From Nitrosopumilus sp. (GTDB taxonomy: Archaea; Thermoproteota; Nitrososphaeria; Nitrososphaerales; Nitrosopumilaceae), in the NCBI GenBank assembly GCA_965204345.1, contig OZ241981.1:320001-384000 (forward strand): 64,000 nucleotides of DNA, in the 5' to 3' direction. The notes below the pieces were generated by a model. That model saw only the letters and a list, made by a program, of their open reading frames with translations. It searched no databases and was not told the DNA's origin. Both the position numbers and the translations under genes were made by a program. Of the stretch, positions 10,381 through 20,254 are shown piece by piece; position 1 is the first letter of the stretch; every line of letters begins with the position of its first letter.

Positions 10381-10710
10381 CTATTTTTTAGATCTTGATT
10401 TGTTATTTGAATAGATTTTATACAAAATTATAATCAAGATGCCAGAATTTATCAAAAACAGTATCAAGATAACAAAAGTATTAGGGATACATTGGGGATG
10501 GTATGGTATGAATGCACCAAGTCCAAAGATTGCAACATCTTGAACTACTAAATGTCCAAAGAGTGTTGATGCTGCAGCAACAATAATAACACCAACATAG
10601 CCAAAAATTAAACCCAATATGCGCTCACACTATACATTCCCTTTCTCGCAGCAACAATAATAACACCAACATAGCCAAAAATTAATCTAAAAAAAGGGGT
10701 TAGGATGCAT
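10381..10710 (-). pseudogene. Small membrane protein gene disrupted by a 36-bp insertion with 38-bp duplication and a T7 slip
   Basis: MHPNPFF(RL)IFGYVGVIIVAA can be restored from the ATG at 10710 by removing one T and the insert plus one repeat copy; two TM segments. Confidence 0.6.
10574..10685. repeat. Exact 38-bp direct repeat flanking a unique 36-bp insert
   Basis: GCAGCAACAATAATAACACCAACATAGCCAAAAATTAA at 10574-10611 and 10648-10685. Confidence 0.95.
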
Positions 10711-10711
10711 A

Positions 10712-11464
10712 TTACCATGCACCGTATACGAAATCTACATCGACATCATACCAAGTTGTGCCACCCTGAATGTTGCTGAATGCATGAAAACCTCTTGCAT
10801 CATCTACTCCATTCAGATAATAATGATTCGTACCATATTGAACATCACCATGTATGAATTCATGTGGTACAAAACACCAGTAGCTATAGTACCAGTTGGC
10901 ATGCCAATTTACATCAATAACACTTGGAGTTACAGTTGCAGAAAATACAGCATAATTACTTCCAAAACAAGCTGAGTATCTATCGTACAGACTTAGATTA
11001 TTTGGAGTGCCTATCTCTCTATCATGCAAATCAATACGAGCACCATTAATGTCTGAATGACCTGAACCATCACCAACAGCTCCTGTAGAAACATCTGTGA
11101 ATGTTTCATGGATACCAAGGTTGTGGTTAATCAAAGTGTATGTATCATTATCATTGACAAGTATTCTGAAATTCTCTGCACTTTGTTTTTCTCCGTCTAT
11201 CTTGGTTACTGTCTTCACATGGTATTTTTGATCTGAAATCTGACGAGTTTTTGTGACAACAGATACAGTTTCACCATCAAAAGTCTTTTCTTGGATGTTC
11301 TTACCTGGTTGAGATATGAGATTTTCTATATATTCTACTACAACAGGATCGTAGATTGTTGTTTGTTCTTCAGCTGATGCATCGTTAATACTTAATGGCA
11401 ATATAATTGCAGCAATCAGGGATGTAAACAGAATTGTTTTTGTTTTATTTGTTATGTTTTTCAT
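10712..11464 (-). CDS. Secreted hypothetical protein
   Basis: Signal peptide KTKTILFTSLIAAIILPLS of a type common in Nitrosopumilaceae accessory proteins; beta-rich C-terminus with a Cys pair. Confidence 0.75.
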   Translation of the reverse strand: MKNITNKTKTILFTSLIAAIILPLSINDASAEEQTTIYDPVVVEYIENLISQPGKNIQEKTFDGETVSVVTKTRQISDQKYHVKTVTKIDGEKQSAENFRILVNDNDTYTLINHNLGIHETFTDVSTGAVGDGSGHSDINGARIDLHDREIGTPNNLSLYDRYSACFGSNYAVFSATVTPSVIDVNWHANWYYSYWCFVPHEFIHGDVQYGTNHYYLNGVDDARGFHAFSNIQGGTTWYDVDVDFVYGAW

Positions 11465-11851
11465 GTTATTACTAACCCCTATGTGCTTTCGTTATTTAAG
11501 CAGTTTTATTGAGTTACGGCATGCTTCTTTTTCAGCCAATTTACGGTGCATGCCAAATTTTTTTATTCTCCATAAACATTATTTCTGCAGTTTCAAACCC
11601 TTCAGGAAATTCCTAATGTTGGCAATCAGTAGCGTCAGTGCAAAGAATGTAATGATAAATTTGAGCCATAGTAAGAAAATGTTGTCTAAACAGGCCAAAA
11701 AAACGTCGAAGATAAATTAGATAATTTAAGAAAAACATCTCTTCGCAATACATCGGCAGACAAAGATGGAATTGACATCAAGGATGATAATCATTTTGAC
11801 AATTCAAAACGCAAAATTACAAATATATAAAAAAATAAATCAAAAATTGGG

Positions 11852-12013
11852 CTATCCTTCAGATATGCTTTTAGAACCACACACTTTGCATTTGCCGTCA
11901 AGTTTGGATGTCTTTGTGTTTACTGTGATCTTGTGGCTTGAAAACACATGACCACAGCCATACTTATCCTTTGATTTCACTAATTTGATTGTTGAAATCT
12001 TACTTTCTTCCAT
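11852..12013 (-). CDS. Small putative Zn-binding protein (53 aa; not in ORF track)
   Basis: MEESKISTIKLVKSKDKYGCGHVFSSHKITVNTKTSKLDGKCKVCGSKSISEG*; CGH...H...CxxC. Confidence 0.45.
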   Translation of the reverse strand: MEESKISTIKLVKSKDKYGCGHVFSSHKITVNTKTSKLDGKCKVCGSKSISEG

Positions 12014-12453
12014 CTATTAATTCATGATTTTAATCTACAATAAGTGCCTTTTTGAGTTAGCTCACGAAGGTGTTACAGAAACCTCTAACTAACACACCAA
12101 CCCTTGAATGTAAAAGTCAACGTATCTAAATTATGCTAGATTCCATGTCCCGAATTGAACACTAGGGGCAAATGTACACTGTTCAATCTTAGAGACTTTT
12201 CAACAGGGTGTTAAATTAGGGTCTTTTTGTGTTAAGTTAGGTGCTTTTCGTATTGAAAAAATAAATGGGATTTTTAATTACTGTTTTTGCAAATCTTGTA
12301 ATCTTCTTCAAGTAAATCCTCCAACATACCAATTAGTTAAGGCGGATTCCCCACAACGACTAGGATTCCACTATAAGAAATTCTATGGTTTCCTTTAGTC
12401 TTTTGACTATTTCTTGATTGGATACTTTGATGCCTGTCTTTAGGAAACTAGCT

Positions 12454-13800
12454 TTAGGAAACTAGTTTGAGCCAACAGCTATCCTTTCCGTTAGACAGCC
12501 AGCTAAACTCATGCAGCCTTAGAATATCATTAATCTCACGCCAGATGTGTTTGTCGATCCAGCGTTTTGGTGTTATTTTTATGGAATCGCCTTCATTAAC
12601 TATTGTCACTTTCTTGACTCTCTTTCCCAGATTGTTTACAAAGTTTGGCTTGTTTCCAGCCTGTTTTATCAAATCCAGATATTTGTCTTGACCTAGATTC
12701 AAGTCAATATTTGCAGCTTGAGCCGGTGTCTTGCCATCTAGTCCCTGATGGGGCTTTACAAAGTTATGATTGATTTTGAGTAGCTCTGCAAAGTTTTGTG
12801 CAGATTCATCATTGCCCAGCCCACGTCTGGCTTTTAGCCTCTCTCTAATCTCATTGTGGTATCTCTCTATTGGCCTGTTAACAAAGCCGTCCTTGAGTGA
12901 CCTTGTCCTGATGTGTGCAGCTCTGTTTTCAAATTCTTTTCTGATTGCTTCCTGATACGAGTTTAGCGAATCAGTCAGAACATAGTTTGGATTCCGTGAT
13001 GTGATTTTCTTGCCACTTGCAATAATCTTTCTTGCATCTGCAATCTCTCTTTTCTTTGAGACCTCAGTAGCTATCAGGAATCTGGTCTTTGGATCAATTA
13101 TGCTCCAAAGCCAGTCATGGAATCCCTTGCCTGTCTTCTTTGTATTTTTGACATTCAAATACATCTCATCCAAGCTCCACACATCAGATAATTCGGGATA
13201 AAATGATTCCACATATTCCTTGATTATGAGGGTGTATTTCTTTATCCAGTTTCTCACAGACACATGACTAATCTCAACCTCGTGTGCAGAGTAGACATGC
13301 CGTGCAATATTTCTGTATGAGACACCAGACGTGACCAGATTAAGACACTCGGAAATTATTTTTGGATCAGATGAAACTTTGGAGAATCCGTTCTCGCCCA
13401 GGATGAATTTACGATTACACTGCTTGCAGCCATATTTTTGCCTCTTTGTACCGTTCTTTAGTTTCCTAAATCCGCGTTTGACTATTGTAGTGGAGCTGCA
13501 TTTTGGACAGACTTGAGGCTGTTCTGTTCTCTCTACCCTGCTTTGGGTTTGAATGGCATCCTGTAATATGATGCAAGATTCAATATGCTTGCAGTGCTTG
13601 TCATCTAATTTTCTTAACCTGTAATGAAAGTCTCTGCACTCACAAGTCCACACATCTGCATCCTGTAATTTTTTGATGTTATATTTTTTATCTGAGTTTT
13701 GTGATTTTACAACATAGTGATTGCTTGTAATCTTTCTAATCGAGTTTGTCTTTGCGAAGATCTGTGCTGCCTTTTGTTTTCTTTTACTGTTTGTGTACAT
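12454..13800 (-). CDS. IS6-like DDE transposase with N-terminal SWIM and Zn-ribbon domains
   Basis: CECRDF...CKHI (SWIM), CPKC...CKQC, HTH, WSLDE / LTDS / IERYHNE catalytic triad, HQGLDGKTPA. Confidence 0.88.
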   Translation of the reverse strand: MYTNSKRKQKAAQIFAKTNSIRKITSNHYVVKSQNSDKKYNIKKLQDADVWTCECRDFHYRLRKLDDKHCKHIESCIILQDAIQTQSRVERTEQPQVCPKCSSTTIVKRGFRKLKNGTKRQKYGCKQCNRKFILGENGFSKVSSDPKIISECLNLVTSGVSYRNIARHVYSAHEVEISHVSVRNWIKKYTLIIKEYVESFYPELSDVWSLDEMYLNVKNTKKTGKGFHDWLWSIIDPKTRFLIATEVSKKREIADARKIIASGKKITSRNPNYVLTDSLNSYQEAIRKEFENRAAHIRTRSLKDGFVNRPIERYHNEIRERLKARRGLGNDESAQNFAELLKINHNFVKPHQGLDGKTPAQAANIDLNLGQDKYLDLIKQAGNKPNFVNNLGKRVKKVTIVNEGDSIKITPKRWIDKHIWREINDILRLHEFSWLSNGKDSCWLKLVS

Positions 13801-13896
13801 AACTATTAGTGAACCCTAACAGTGTATTTAAATTTTGATATTAGTGGTGATCACCTTTAGTGAATGTTTTTATATGAGTAGTAATCACCTTCGGTG

Positions 13897-14034
13897 ATGC
13901 CAACAGTTACACGCAGTGTATGGAAATGTTGCAGGTGCGGTCATGAGTGGCTCTCACGCGACGGTGAAAAGCCACTAAGATGTGCCAGGTGCAAGAATGT
14001 CTACTGGGATCGTGCTCCAAAAAAATCAAAGTGA
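13897..14034 (+). CDS. Small Zn-ribbon protein (45 aa; not in ORF track), divergent from the transposase
   Basis: MPTVTRSVWKCCRCGHEWLSRDGEKPLRCARCKNVYWDRAPKKSK*; CxRCGHEW...PxxCxxCKxxYW pattern. Confidence 0.75.
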   Translation: MPTVTRSVWKCCRCGHEWLSRDGEKPLRCARCKNVYWDRAPKKSK

Positions 14035-14462
14035 TGATTTATGGCAGTCAGTGGAAAAATCGATTATGAAAGATGGTGTAAACCAGAATTCTTAGGGAAA
14101 TTAAAAAATTAAACAGGAGAGAAAAAAAATGGCTTGGTTTGGGATGTGGAGAAAATTAGAGAGGTTTTTTCTGTTGTGTGTTGAAAAAAAATAAAGACCC
14201 TCTCTGTATTTCAAACCGGGAATTCATATGCAAATGTTAATTTTATAATCAGACTCTAGATTGTTAATCTTCATAACCAAGTCTAAAATATGCTTGGAGT
14301 GGCTTGGTCAATTGTATCACCAGATGAGCCAATTATGTGCATTTTTTGGTGCATTTTTCATATTTATTCTCAAAAATTGATTTGGCATCTCCTTTGGTTT
14401 TAGAAAACAACAAAGCATTTGATAGCACTCCTAATATAGTATGCCAAAAAACCAACAAACCG

Positions 14463-15737
14463 ATGCGGATTCTGCTTGCCATATCCATTGTATCACTTTT
14501 TGGAGTTGCCAGTGCATATGCTGAGATTGCCTCCCCCTATGAGCAGCTAAAATCCGGTGTGCCACTATATGAAATCCAGTGTGAGTATCAAAAGACTCTG
14601 TTGGAATCTCCTAGGAACAACAAGCCGGTATGTGTGAAAAGTGATACGGCAGACATACTGGTAGAGCGGGGCTGGTTCATGATAAAAATATTTGATGAGA
14701 TGCCAACTGCTGAGTTACCAGTTGATGAGCTGCATATAGCAACTACCATCAACCAGACAGAGGGCAGCTCATATGCTGTCTCTGATCCTGTACAGACAGA
14801 GACATACTATCCTCACCTGGGAGACCCGTATGTTATGTCATTCTATGGTACTGACGACCGCATAGATCTATCTGGAATCAAACCACTTCCTGAAGGTGTC
14901 CATCTTCCCACAACCATAGAAAACTATGAGCGTATCATGCAGAAAATACTTGATGGCATAGACGACAAACTGATACTTCCAAATCCTGAAGGTCCAAGAT
15001 ATGACTATGTTATTGACACCTTGTATGGAGGTTCAGTACTAGGAGACCGGCTGAACTATACATACTATACAGAACAAGGAAATATTATCAGGCCATATAG
15101 TATTGCTAGAATAGAGCTGATAATATTAGAACCTGATGAAATATTCAGATCAGATTATTTAGATAAAAAATGGCACGAATATGGCTCCCTTGACCAAAAG
15201 GATGAGCTTGCATTTGCCAAAAATCTAACGGCAGGTCCAGAAAAATTCATACAAACCTTTGTAGAAAAATCAGGATTGCCAAGGATAGTAAAGACACAAC
15301 ATGATTTTGACCGTTCATGGATAATTCTTGAACATGGTGAAATAAAAATGCGAATGGAATGGAATAACATGCACATGTATTTTAAATATAAGGAAAACCC
15401 TGACTTTTTCCCGTTGGGAACAAATAAGATGCGTCAACTAATGCATCAGTTTGCTATTGATAATGCACATGTAATAGATCGAGAAAGGTGTGACCTTGTC
15501 CTATACGATAGCAAGGATGATCTCAAAAAGGTTTCAGTTTCATCCCATCGAGCAGGAATTCCCATATGGAAAGCAGTTGTGGGAACATGTGATCCAATTT
15601 TGAATCATCCTACAGATGTCTTATATATTCGCATGGAAGGCATAACAGGGGAGATTGGTTGGTTTCCTAATGCTCCGAGAATAGATGACTGGATTAACAA
15701 GATAAACATTCCAGAACATGCCAAGGTAAGGGGATAA
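14463..15737 (+). CDS. Secreted hypothetical protein with an N-terminal thaumarchaeal two-Cys module
   Basis: Signal peptide MRILLAIS..., SPYEQLKSGV...IQC...PVCVK...LVERGW module, also present in 49001-49987. Confidence 0.75.
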   Translation: MRILLAISIVSLFGVASAYAEIASPYEQLKSGVPLYEIQCEYQKTLLESPRNNKPVCVKSDTADILVERGWFMIKIFDEMPTAELPVDELHIATTINQTEGSSYAVSDPVQTETYYPHLGDPYVMSFYGTDDRIDLSGIKPLPEGVHLPTTIENYERIMQKILDGIDDKLILPNPEGPRYDYVIDTLYGGSVLGDRLNYTYYTEQGNIIRPYSIARIELIILEPDEIFRSDYLDKKWHEYGSLDQKDELAFAKNLTAGPEKFIQTFVEKSGLPRIVKTQHDFDRSWIILEHGEIKMRMEWNNMHMYFKYKENPDFFPLGTNKMRQLMHQFAIDNAHVIDRERCDLVLYDSKDDLKKVSVSSHRAGIPIWKAVVGTCDPILNHPTDVLYIRMEGITGEIGWFPNAPRIDDWINKINIPEHAKVRG

Positions 15738-15826
15738 AACAGGCAGAATAACTGTACATTACACCTCAAAAAGCAAAGATTAACCATCCACATATGACCA
15801 AAAACTGATTCTCAGGATACAAATTT

Positions 15827-15946
15827 TGTACACTTCAATCTTAGAGGCTTTTCAAGTGGGAAAACTAGGAAAGAATCAAAGTATCAAAGTTTAAGCGTAA
15901 AATCACCAATTTTAATAAATAAGATAAATGGAAACAGACAATTAAT
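15827..15946 (+). repeat. IS6-like end type B copy
   Basis: TGTACACTTCAATCTTAGAGGCTTTTCAA...AAACTAGGAAAGAATCAAAGT...AAGCGTAAAAT. Confidence 0.75.
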
Positions 15947-16115
15947 GCTATTTTTTCACAATTTACTTGGATTATCTTGGAGATGCTAAAAAACATTTTT
16001 TTACCGTTAACTCCTAGTAATCTTGGAGGTTAACGCATTTCATGATAACAGTGACTGTAAAGGAAAGAGTCAGACCAGACTCATTGTTATAAATGGAATA
16101 ATCCCACAATTTGTC

Positions 16116-17093
16116 ATGAGCGCATCAGAATTCATCAAAGAGTCTCAGGAAAAGATATTTTCAGGAATTGGAATTTCTGCAGATGATGCAAGAAGATTAT
16201 TGAATGTTCCAGAAGAATATCTAGATGAATTGGCAAGATGTGCCAATGAGATAAGACTGGAATTTAACGGGAAAAAAGTAGACGTTGAACAGTTAAACAA
16301 CATTAAAAAAAATGCATGCAGTGAAGACTGTACCTTTTGTGGTCAATCTGCATTTTTTGATACAGGCATAGAGACATACCAACTACCAGTATCAGACGAA
16401 GTAGTAGGCAAAGCTCAAAAGGCAAAAGAGGACGGTGCAGAATCATATTGTCTGGTTGCAGCATGGCGAGAACCATCGCCAAAAGATTTTGAAAAGGTTT
16501 GTGCAATAATTAGTCAAATCAATGACAAGGTAGGAATAAGCGTAGAGTGCAGCTTGGGATTTCTTACCACAGGGCAAGCAAAAAAACTAAAAGAACTCAA
16601 GGTAAAAAGATATAATCATAACTTAGAAACTGCAAAATCAAAGTTTCCAGAAATATGTACAACCCACACATATGAGGACAGGCTAAAGACATTAGAGATT
16701 GCAAGAAAGGCTGGTTTGGAGTTATGCACCGGTGGAATTATAGGTTTGGGAGAGACTAGAGAGCAAAGGTTAGAGTTGGCAGTGGAGCTAGGAAGACTAT
16801 ACCCAGAAGAGGTTACAATCAACATTCTCGTTCCAATGCCTGGGACGCCACTAGAATTACAAGCAGACCTGCCAAACTCTGAAATAGTAAGAATATTTTC
16901 AGTTATAAGATTTCTATTACCAGAGTCTGTGATTAAGATTTCAGGGGGAAGAGAATCAAAATTGGATGATTCCGGAGAAGAACTGCTTCAAAGCGGGGCA
17001 AACGGAATAATTACCGAAGGATACTTGACCATGGGCGGAAACGAGGCCAAAGAAGATCGCAAACTAATAGAGAAGATTGGCCTCCAAGCATAA
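16116..17093 (+). CDS. bioB: Biotin synthase
   Basis: Radical SAM CSEDCTFCGQS, YNHNLET, CTGGIIGLGE, PMPGTPL; start at the ATG at 16116. Confidence 0.95.
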   Translation: MSASEFIKESQEKIFSGIGISADDARRLLNVPEEYLDELARCANEIRLEFNGKKVDVEQLNNIKKNACSEDCTFCGQSAFFDTGIETYQLPVSDEVVGKAQKAKEDGAESYCLVAAWREPSPKDFEKVCAIISQINDKVGISVECSLGFLTTGQAKKLKELKVKRYNHNLETAKSKFPEICTTHTYEDRLKTLEIARKAGLELCTGGIIGLGETREQRLELAVELGRLYPEEVTINILVPMPGTPLELQADLPNSEIVRIFSVIRFLLPESVIKISGGRESKLDDSGEELLQSGANGIITEGYLTMGGNEAKEDRKLIEKIGLQA

Positions 17094-18210
17094 ACTAAAT
17101 TTCGTAGATTTGGAATTACAAAGTCTAAAACAAAATAATCTCTACAGAAAGCTGCAGTATGGAACCCTGTCAAAATCCAGAATTCAAATGCATGGCAAAA
17201 GTTTATTGAATTTATGCTCTAATGACTATTTGGGAATACCTGCAACAAGAACACAAATCAAACAGTTACAATCAAGCTCCAGACTGGTATCAGGCAATGA
17301 CGAATCTTATAAAAAATTAGAAGAAAAGCTTTCAAAGCACAAGTCGCAGCAGGGCAGCCTGATTTATCCAACAGGATACATGGCAAACCTCGGGGTGATT
17401 TCAACCATAGCAGGCAAGGGAGATGTAATTTTCAGCGACGAGCTAAACCATGCAAGCATCATAGAATCGTGCAAGTTATCAAATGCAAAGACGGTAATTT
17501 ACAGACACAATGACATGGAAGATCTAAACAAGAAAATCAGGCAAAAAGGGAGCAAAAAGATCATCATAACTGAAGGGGTGTTTAGCATGGACGGTGATTT
17601 CTCACCACTAAAAGAAATTGTAAAAGTGGCAGAAAAATCAGAGGCAATTACAGTGGTAGATGATGCGCATGGTGATTTTGTTATTGGCAGCGATGGAAAG
17701 GGGACGCCAGATCATTTCAAGGTTGCAAAAAAAGTTGACATGTATATCAGTAGCCTAAGTAAGGGGCTAGGATCGTTTGGGGGATACGTATCTGCGCAAA
17801 ATAACGTAATTGACTTGTGCATAAACAAGTCAAAGTCATTTATCTATACCTCTGCACTGCCGTCTTTCTTGATTGAATATTCTAAAGCAAGATTTGAGTC
17901 AGACAGGCAAAGACAGATGAAAAAATTGGAAAAAAACAGAAAACAGATTACAGGAGGCCTAAAACAGATAGGATATCACACAAGGTCCCCAACACAGATT
18001 ATTCCAATAGTTGTAGGTAGTGAAAAAAAGGCATTAGAATTTGGAAGGTTTCTATCTGATAATGGGATATTTGCACAGCCAATCAGATACCCAACAGTTC
18101 CAAAAAATCAGGCAAGACTGCGCATTTCAGTCACAGCATGGCTGTCAAATACAGAGATTGAAAATGCACTAAGAATTTTTGAGAAAGGATACAAAAGATT
18201 CTATAACTGA
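17077..18210 (+). CDS. bioF: 8-amino-7-oxononanoate synthase
   Basis: SNDYLG, SSRLVSG, GYMANLG, NHASIIE, FSMDGD, DDAHG, SLSKGLG, PTVP..ARLR. Confidence 0.92.
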   Translation: MASKHKLNFVDLELQSLKQNNLYRKLQYGTLSKSRIQMHGKSLLNLCSNDYLGIPATRTQIKQLQSSSRLVSGNDESYKKLEEKLSKHKSQQGSLIYPTGYMANLGVISTIAGKGDVIFSDELNHASIIESCKLSNAKTVIYRHNDMEDLNKKIRQKGSKKIIITEGVFSMDGDFSPLKEIVKVAEKSEAITVVDDAHGDFVIGSDGKGTPDHFKVAKKVDMYISSLSKGLGSFGGYVSAQNNVIDLCINKSKSFIYTSALPSFLIEYSKARFESDRQRQMKKLEKNRKQITGGLKQIGYHTRSPTQIIPIVVGSEKKALEFGRFLSDNGIFAQPIRYPTVPKNQARLRISVTAWLSNTEIENALRIFEKGYKRFYN

Positions 18211-18311
18211 CGTATAGCATCAAAGCCTCCAATTGCAGGAGAGCCCATAATGACAGCAACTAGAATTGCAATTCCCAAAACAATTCCAACAATGATGAAT
18301 CGTTTATTCAT
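18201..18311 (-). CDS. Small single-TM protein (36 aa; not in ORF track)
   Basis: MNKRFIIVGIVLGIAILVAVIMGSPAIGGFDAIRQL*. Confidence 0.5.
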   Translation of the reverse strand: MNKRFIIVGIVLGIAILVAVIMGSPAIGGFDAIRQL

Positions 18312-18408
18312 ATCAAAAGGGAACCACAGCCTAGTTAAAAATGGATTGTATTAACATTGGGGAAAGATATGGAAGAAGGCTTTAAAGGAAAAATTGCAAA
18401 ATGAGTTC

Positions 18409-19140
18409 ATGGCAGACCCGACCATATTTGTGGCGCTACTTGCAGGACTAGGCTCGTTTGTTGCCCCCTGTATTTTGCCAATGATCCCAGCCTTTCTTGC
18501 GTATATATCAGGTACTACAGTTACAGAGATAGGCTCTAAAAACGGATCTGTCCTTGCAATAAACAGATTAAACATTGTGTTTAATACGGTGTTTTTTGTT
18601 TTAGGGTTTTCAGTAGTATTCTCTACGCTGGGAGTTTTAATCAACAGTGTCCTATCAAGTGCGGCAGGTGAGCTTGTAGAAAGCCTTAACTTCATAGGAG
18701 GAATTATCATTGTTTCGTTTGGAATCTTTTTGCTATTGTCTACAAAAATCCGTTCACTAAATGTAGAAAAGAAATTTTTCCCTAAAAATTCAAAGTCAAG
18801 CTATCCAATGTCATTTGTTTTTGGTTTGGCATTTGCAGCCGGATGGACGCCATGCGTAGGACCGATTCTTGGAACAATACTCACCCTGGCAGCTACAACT
18901 CCGTCCATTTCATTTAGTTTGCTACTTGCATATTCATTAGGATTGGGAATTCCATTTGTTTTGATGGGAGTGTTCTTCTCAAGGGCCACAAGAATCATCC
19001 GTTCAATGACAAAACACCTCAAGTACTACAATGTAATCTTAGGCGGATTTATCATAATTTTAGGGATTCTGGTATTTACAAACCAGCTTGCCTATATTGC
19101 AAATTTCCCACTACTCAACGAGTTGGTACTGTTAGGGTGA
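18409..19140 (+). CDS. ccdA: CcdA/DsbD-beta thiol-disulfide transporter
   Basis: SFVAPCILPMIP and WTPCVGPIL Cys-Pro motifs; about 6 TM helices. Confidence 0.92.
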   Translation: MADPTIFVALLAGLGSFVAPCILPMIPAFLAYISGTTVTEIGSKNGSVLAINRLNIVFNTVFFVLGFSVVFSTLGVLINSVLSSAAGELVESLNFIGGIIIVSFGIFLLLSTKIRSLNVEKKFFPKNSKSSYPMSFVFGLAFAAGWTPCVGPILGTILTLAATTPSISFSLLLAYSLGLGIPFVLMGVFFSRATRIIRSMTKHLKYYNVILGGFIIILGILVFTNQLAYIANFPLLNELVLLG

Positions 19141-19144
19141 TATT

Positions 19145-20254
19145 ATGAGGTCGGAGATAAAAACAGGGCTAATTCTTGGAATGGTAATTGTTACAGGACT
19201 AGGAATACTAGGAGTGGTTTTTAGCACGCTAGATCAACAGGTTCAGTCAGTAAACACAACAACTGATGCAGACGGACTTGTAAAAATCGACAAGTCGGGA
19301 TTCAAAAAGGCACCAAGCCTTAGAGGCATTGCAGATTATCTAAACACAACACCAGAAGAATTAAGCAAAGCGATGGAGGAGAAGGTCATTCTTTATGATA
19401 TCTGGACATATAGCTGCATCAACTGCATCAGAACGCTGCCATACATTACAGCATGGGATGACAAGTATTCAGACGAGGGATTGCTAATCATAGGAGTCCA
19501 TTCGCCTGAATTTGAGTTTGAAAAGGATCCTGAAAATGTGAAATTGGCAATTGAAAAACACGGAATAAACTATCCGGTCATCCTAGACAACGATATGGAA
19601 ACATGGAAAGCTTTTGAAAACAGGTACTGGCCAAGAAAATACATTGCAGATCACGAGGGCTATTTGAGATATGATCATATCGGGGAAGGAGGATACCAAG
19701 AAAGTGAAAAAGTCATCCAACAGCTGCTAAAAGAGAGGGCCGCATCATTGGGAATACAGATGGCAACGGCTGGGTCCCTAGTAGACATTGAGGAATTTGA
19801 GCATTCGGTGTTTAGAACGCCGGAGCTTTATTTTGGTTACAAGTTTGCACAAAATAGGAACCAATTGGGAAGCCAAGAGGGATTTCAGCCCGGAAGAACT
19901 GTAACATACTCAGAACCGTCAAGTAACGAGTTACACAAGTTCTACCCCATAGGAGATTGGAAAAACTATGACGACAGCATGGAACTAGTATCAGATAAAG
20001 GCACCATCAAGTTACGATACAATGCAAAAGAAGTCAACATTGTAACTGAAAACAAGGCAGAGATACAGGTATTGCTAGATGGCAGTCCAATACCGGCAGA
20101 ATATCGCGGCACTGATATCAATGAAGACAGCACACTGCAGGTCACAGATGCAGGGCTATACAACATAATCAATAGCGAGAACAGCTCAACCCACCTAATA
20201 GAGCTGAGGATAACAGGCGAAAAATTCCAGATATTTACATTTACCTTTGGATAG
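19145..20254 (+). CDS. Redoxin / DipZ C-terminal-like thioredoxin protein
   Basis: WTYSCINC, GVHSPEFEFE, NRYWP, TPELYFG, FTFG end. Confidence 0.9.
   Translation: MRSEIKTGLILGMVIVTGLGILGVVFSTLDQQVQSVNTTTDADGLVKIDKSGFKKAPSLRGIADYLNTTPEELSKAMEEKVILYDIWTYSCINCIRTLPYITAWDDKYSDEGLLIIGVHSPEFEFEKDPENVKLAIEKHGINYPVILDNDMETWKAFENRYWPRKYIADHEGYLRYDHIGEGGYQESEKVIQQLLKERAASLGIQMATAGSLVDIEEFEHSVFRTPELYFGYKFAQNRNQLGSQEGFQPGRTVTYSEPSSNELHKFYPIGDWKNYDDSMELVSDKGTIKLRYNAKEVNIVTENKAEIQVLLDGSPIPAEYRGTDINEDSTLQVTDAGLYNIINSENSSTHLIELRITGEKFQIFTFTFG

Larger units (their letters stand above)
12174..14034 (-). mobile_element. IS6-like insertion element: end A, transposase, divergent Zn-ribbon gene; second end not located
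   Basis: GTACACTGTTCAATCTTAGAGACTTTTCAA at 12174 lies about 280 bp downstream of the transposase stop. Confidence 0.65.

Noticed and set aside
13816-13826. CTAACAGTGTA as the second terminal repeat of the IS6-like element
   Set aside because: Only 9 bp match the TIR, it overlaps the probable transposase promoter, and no subterminal similarity follows.
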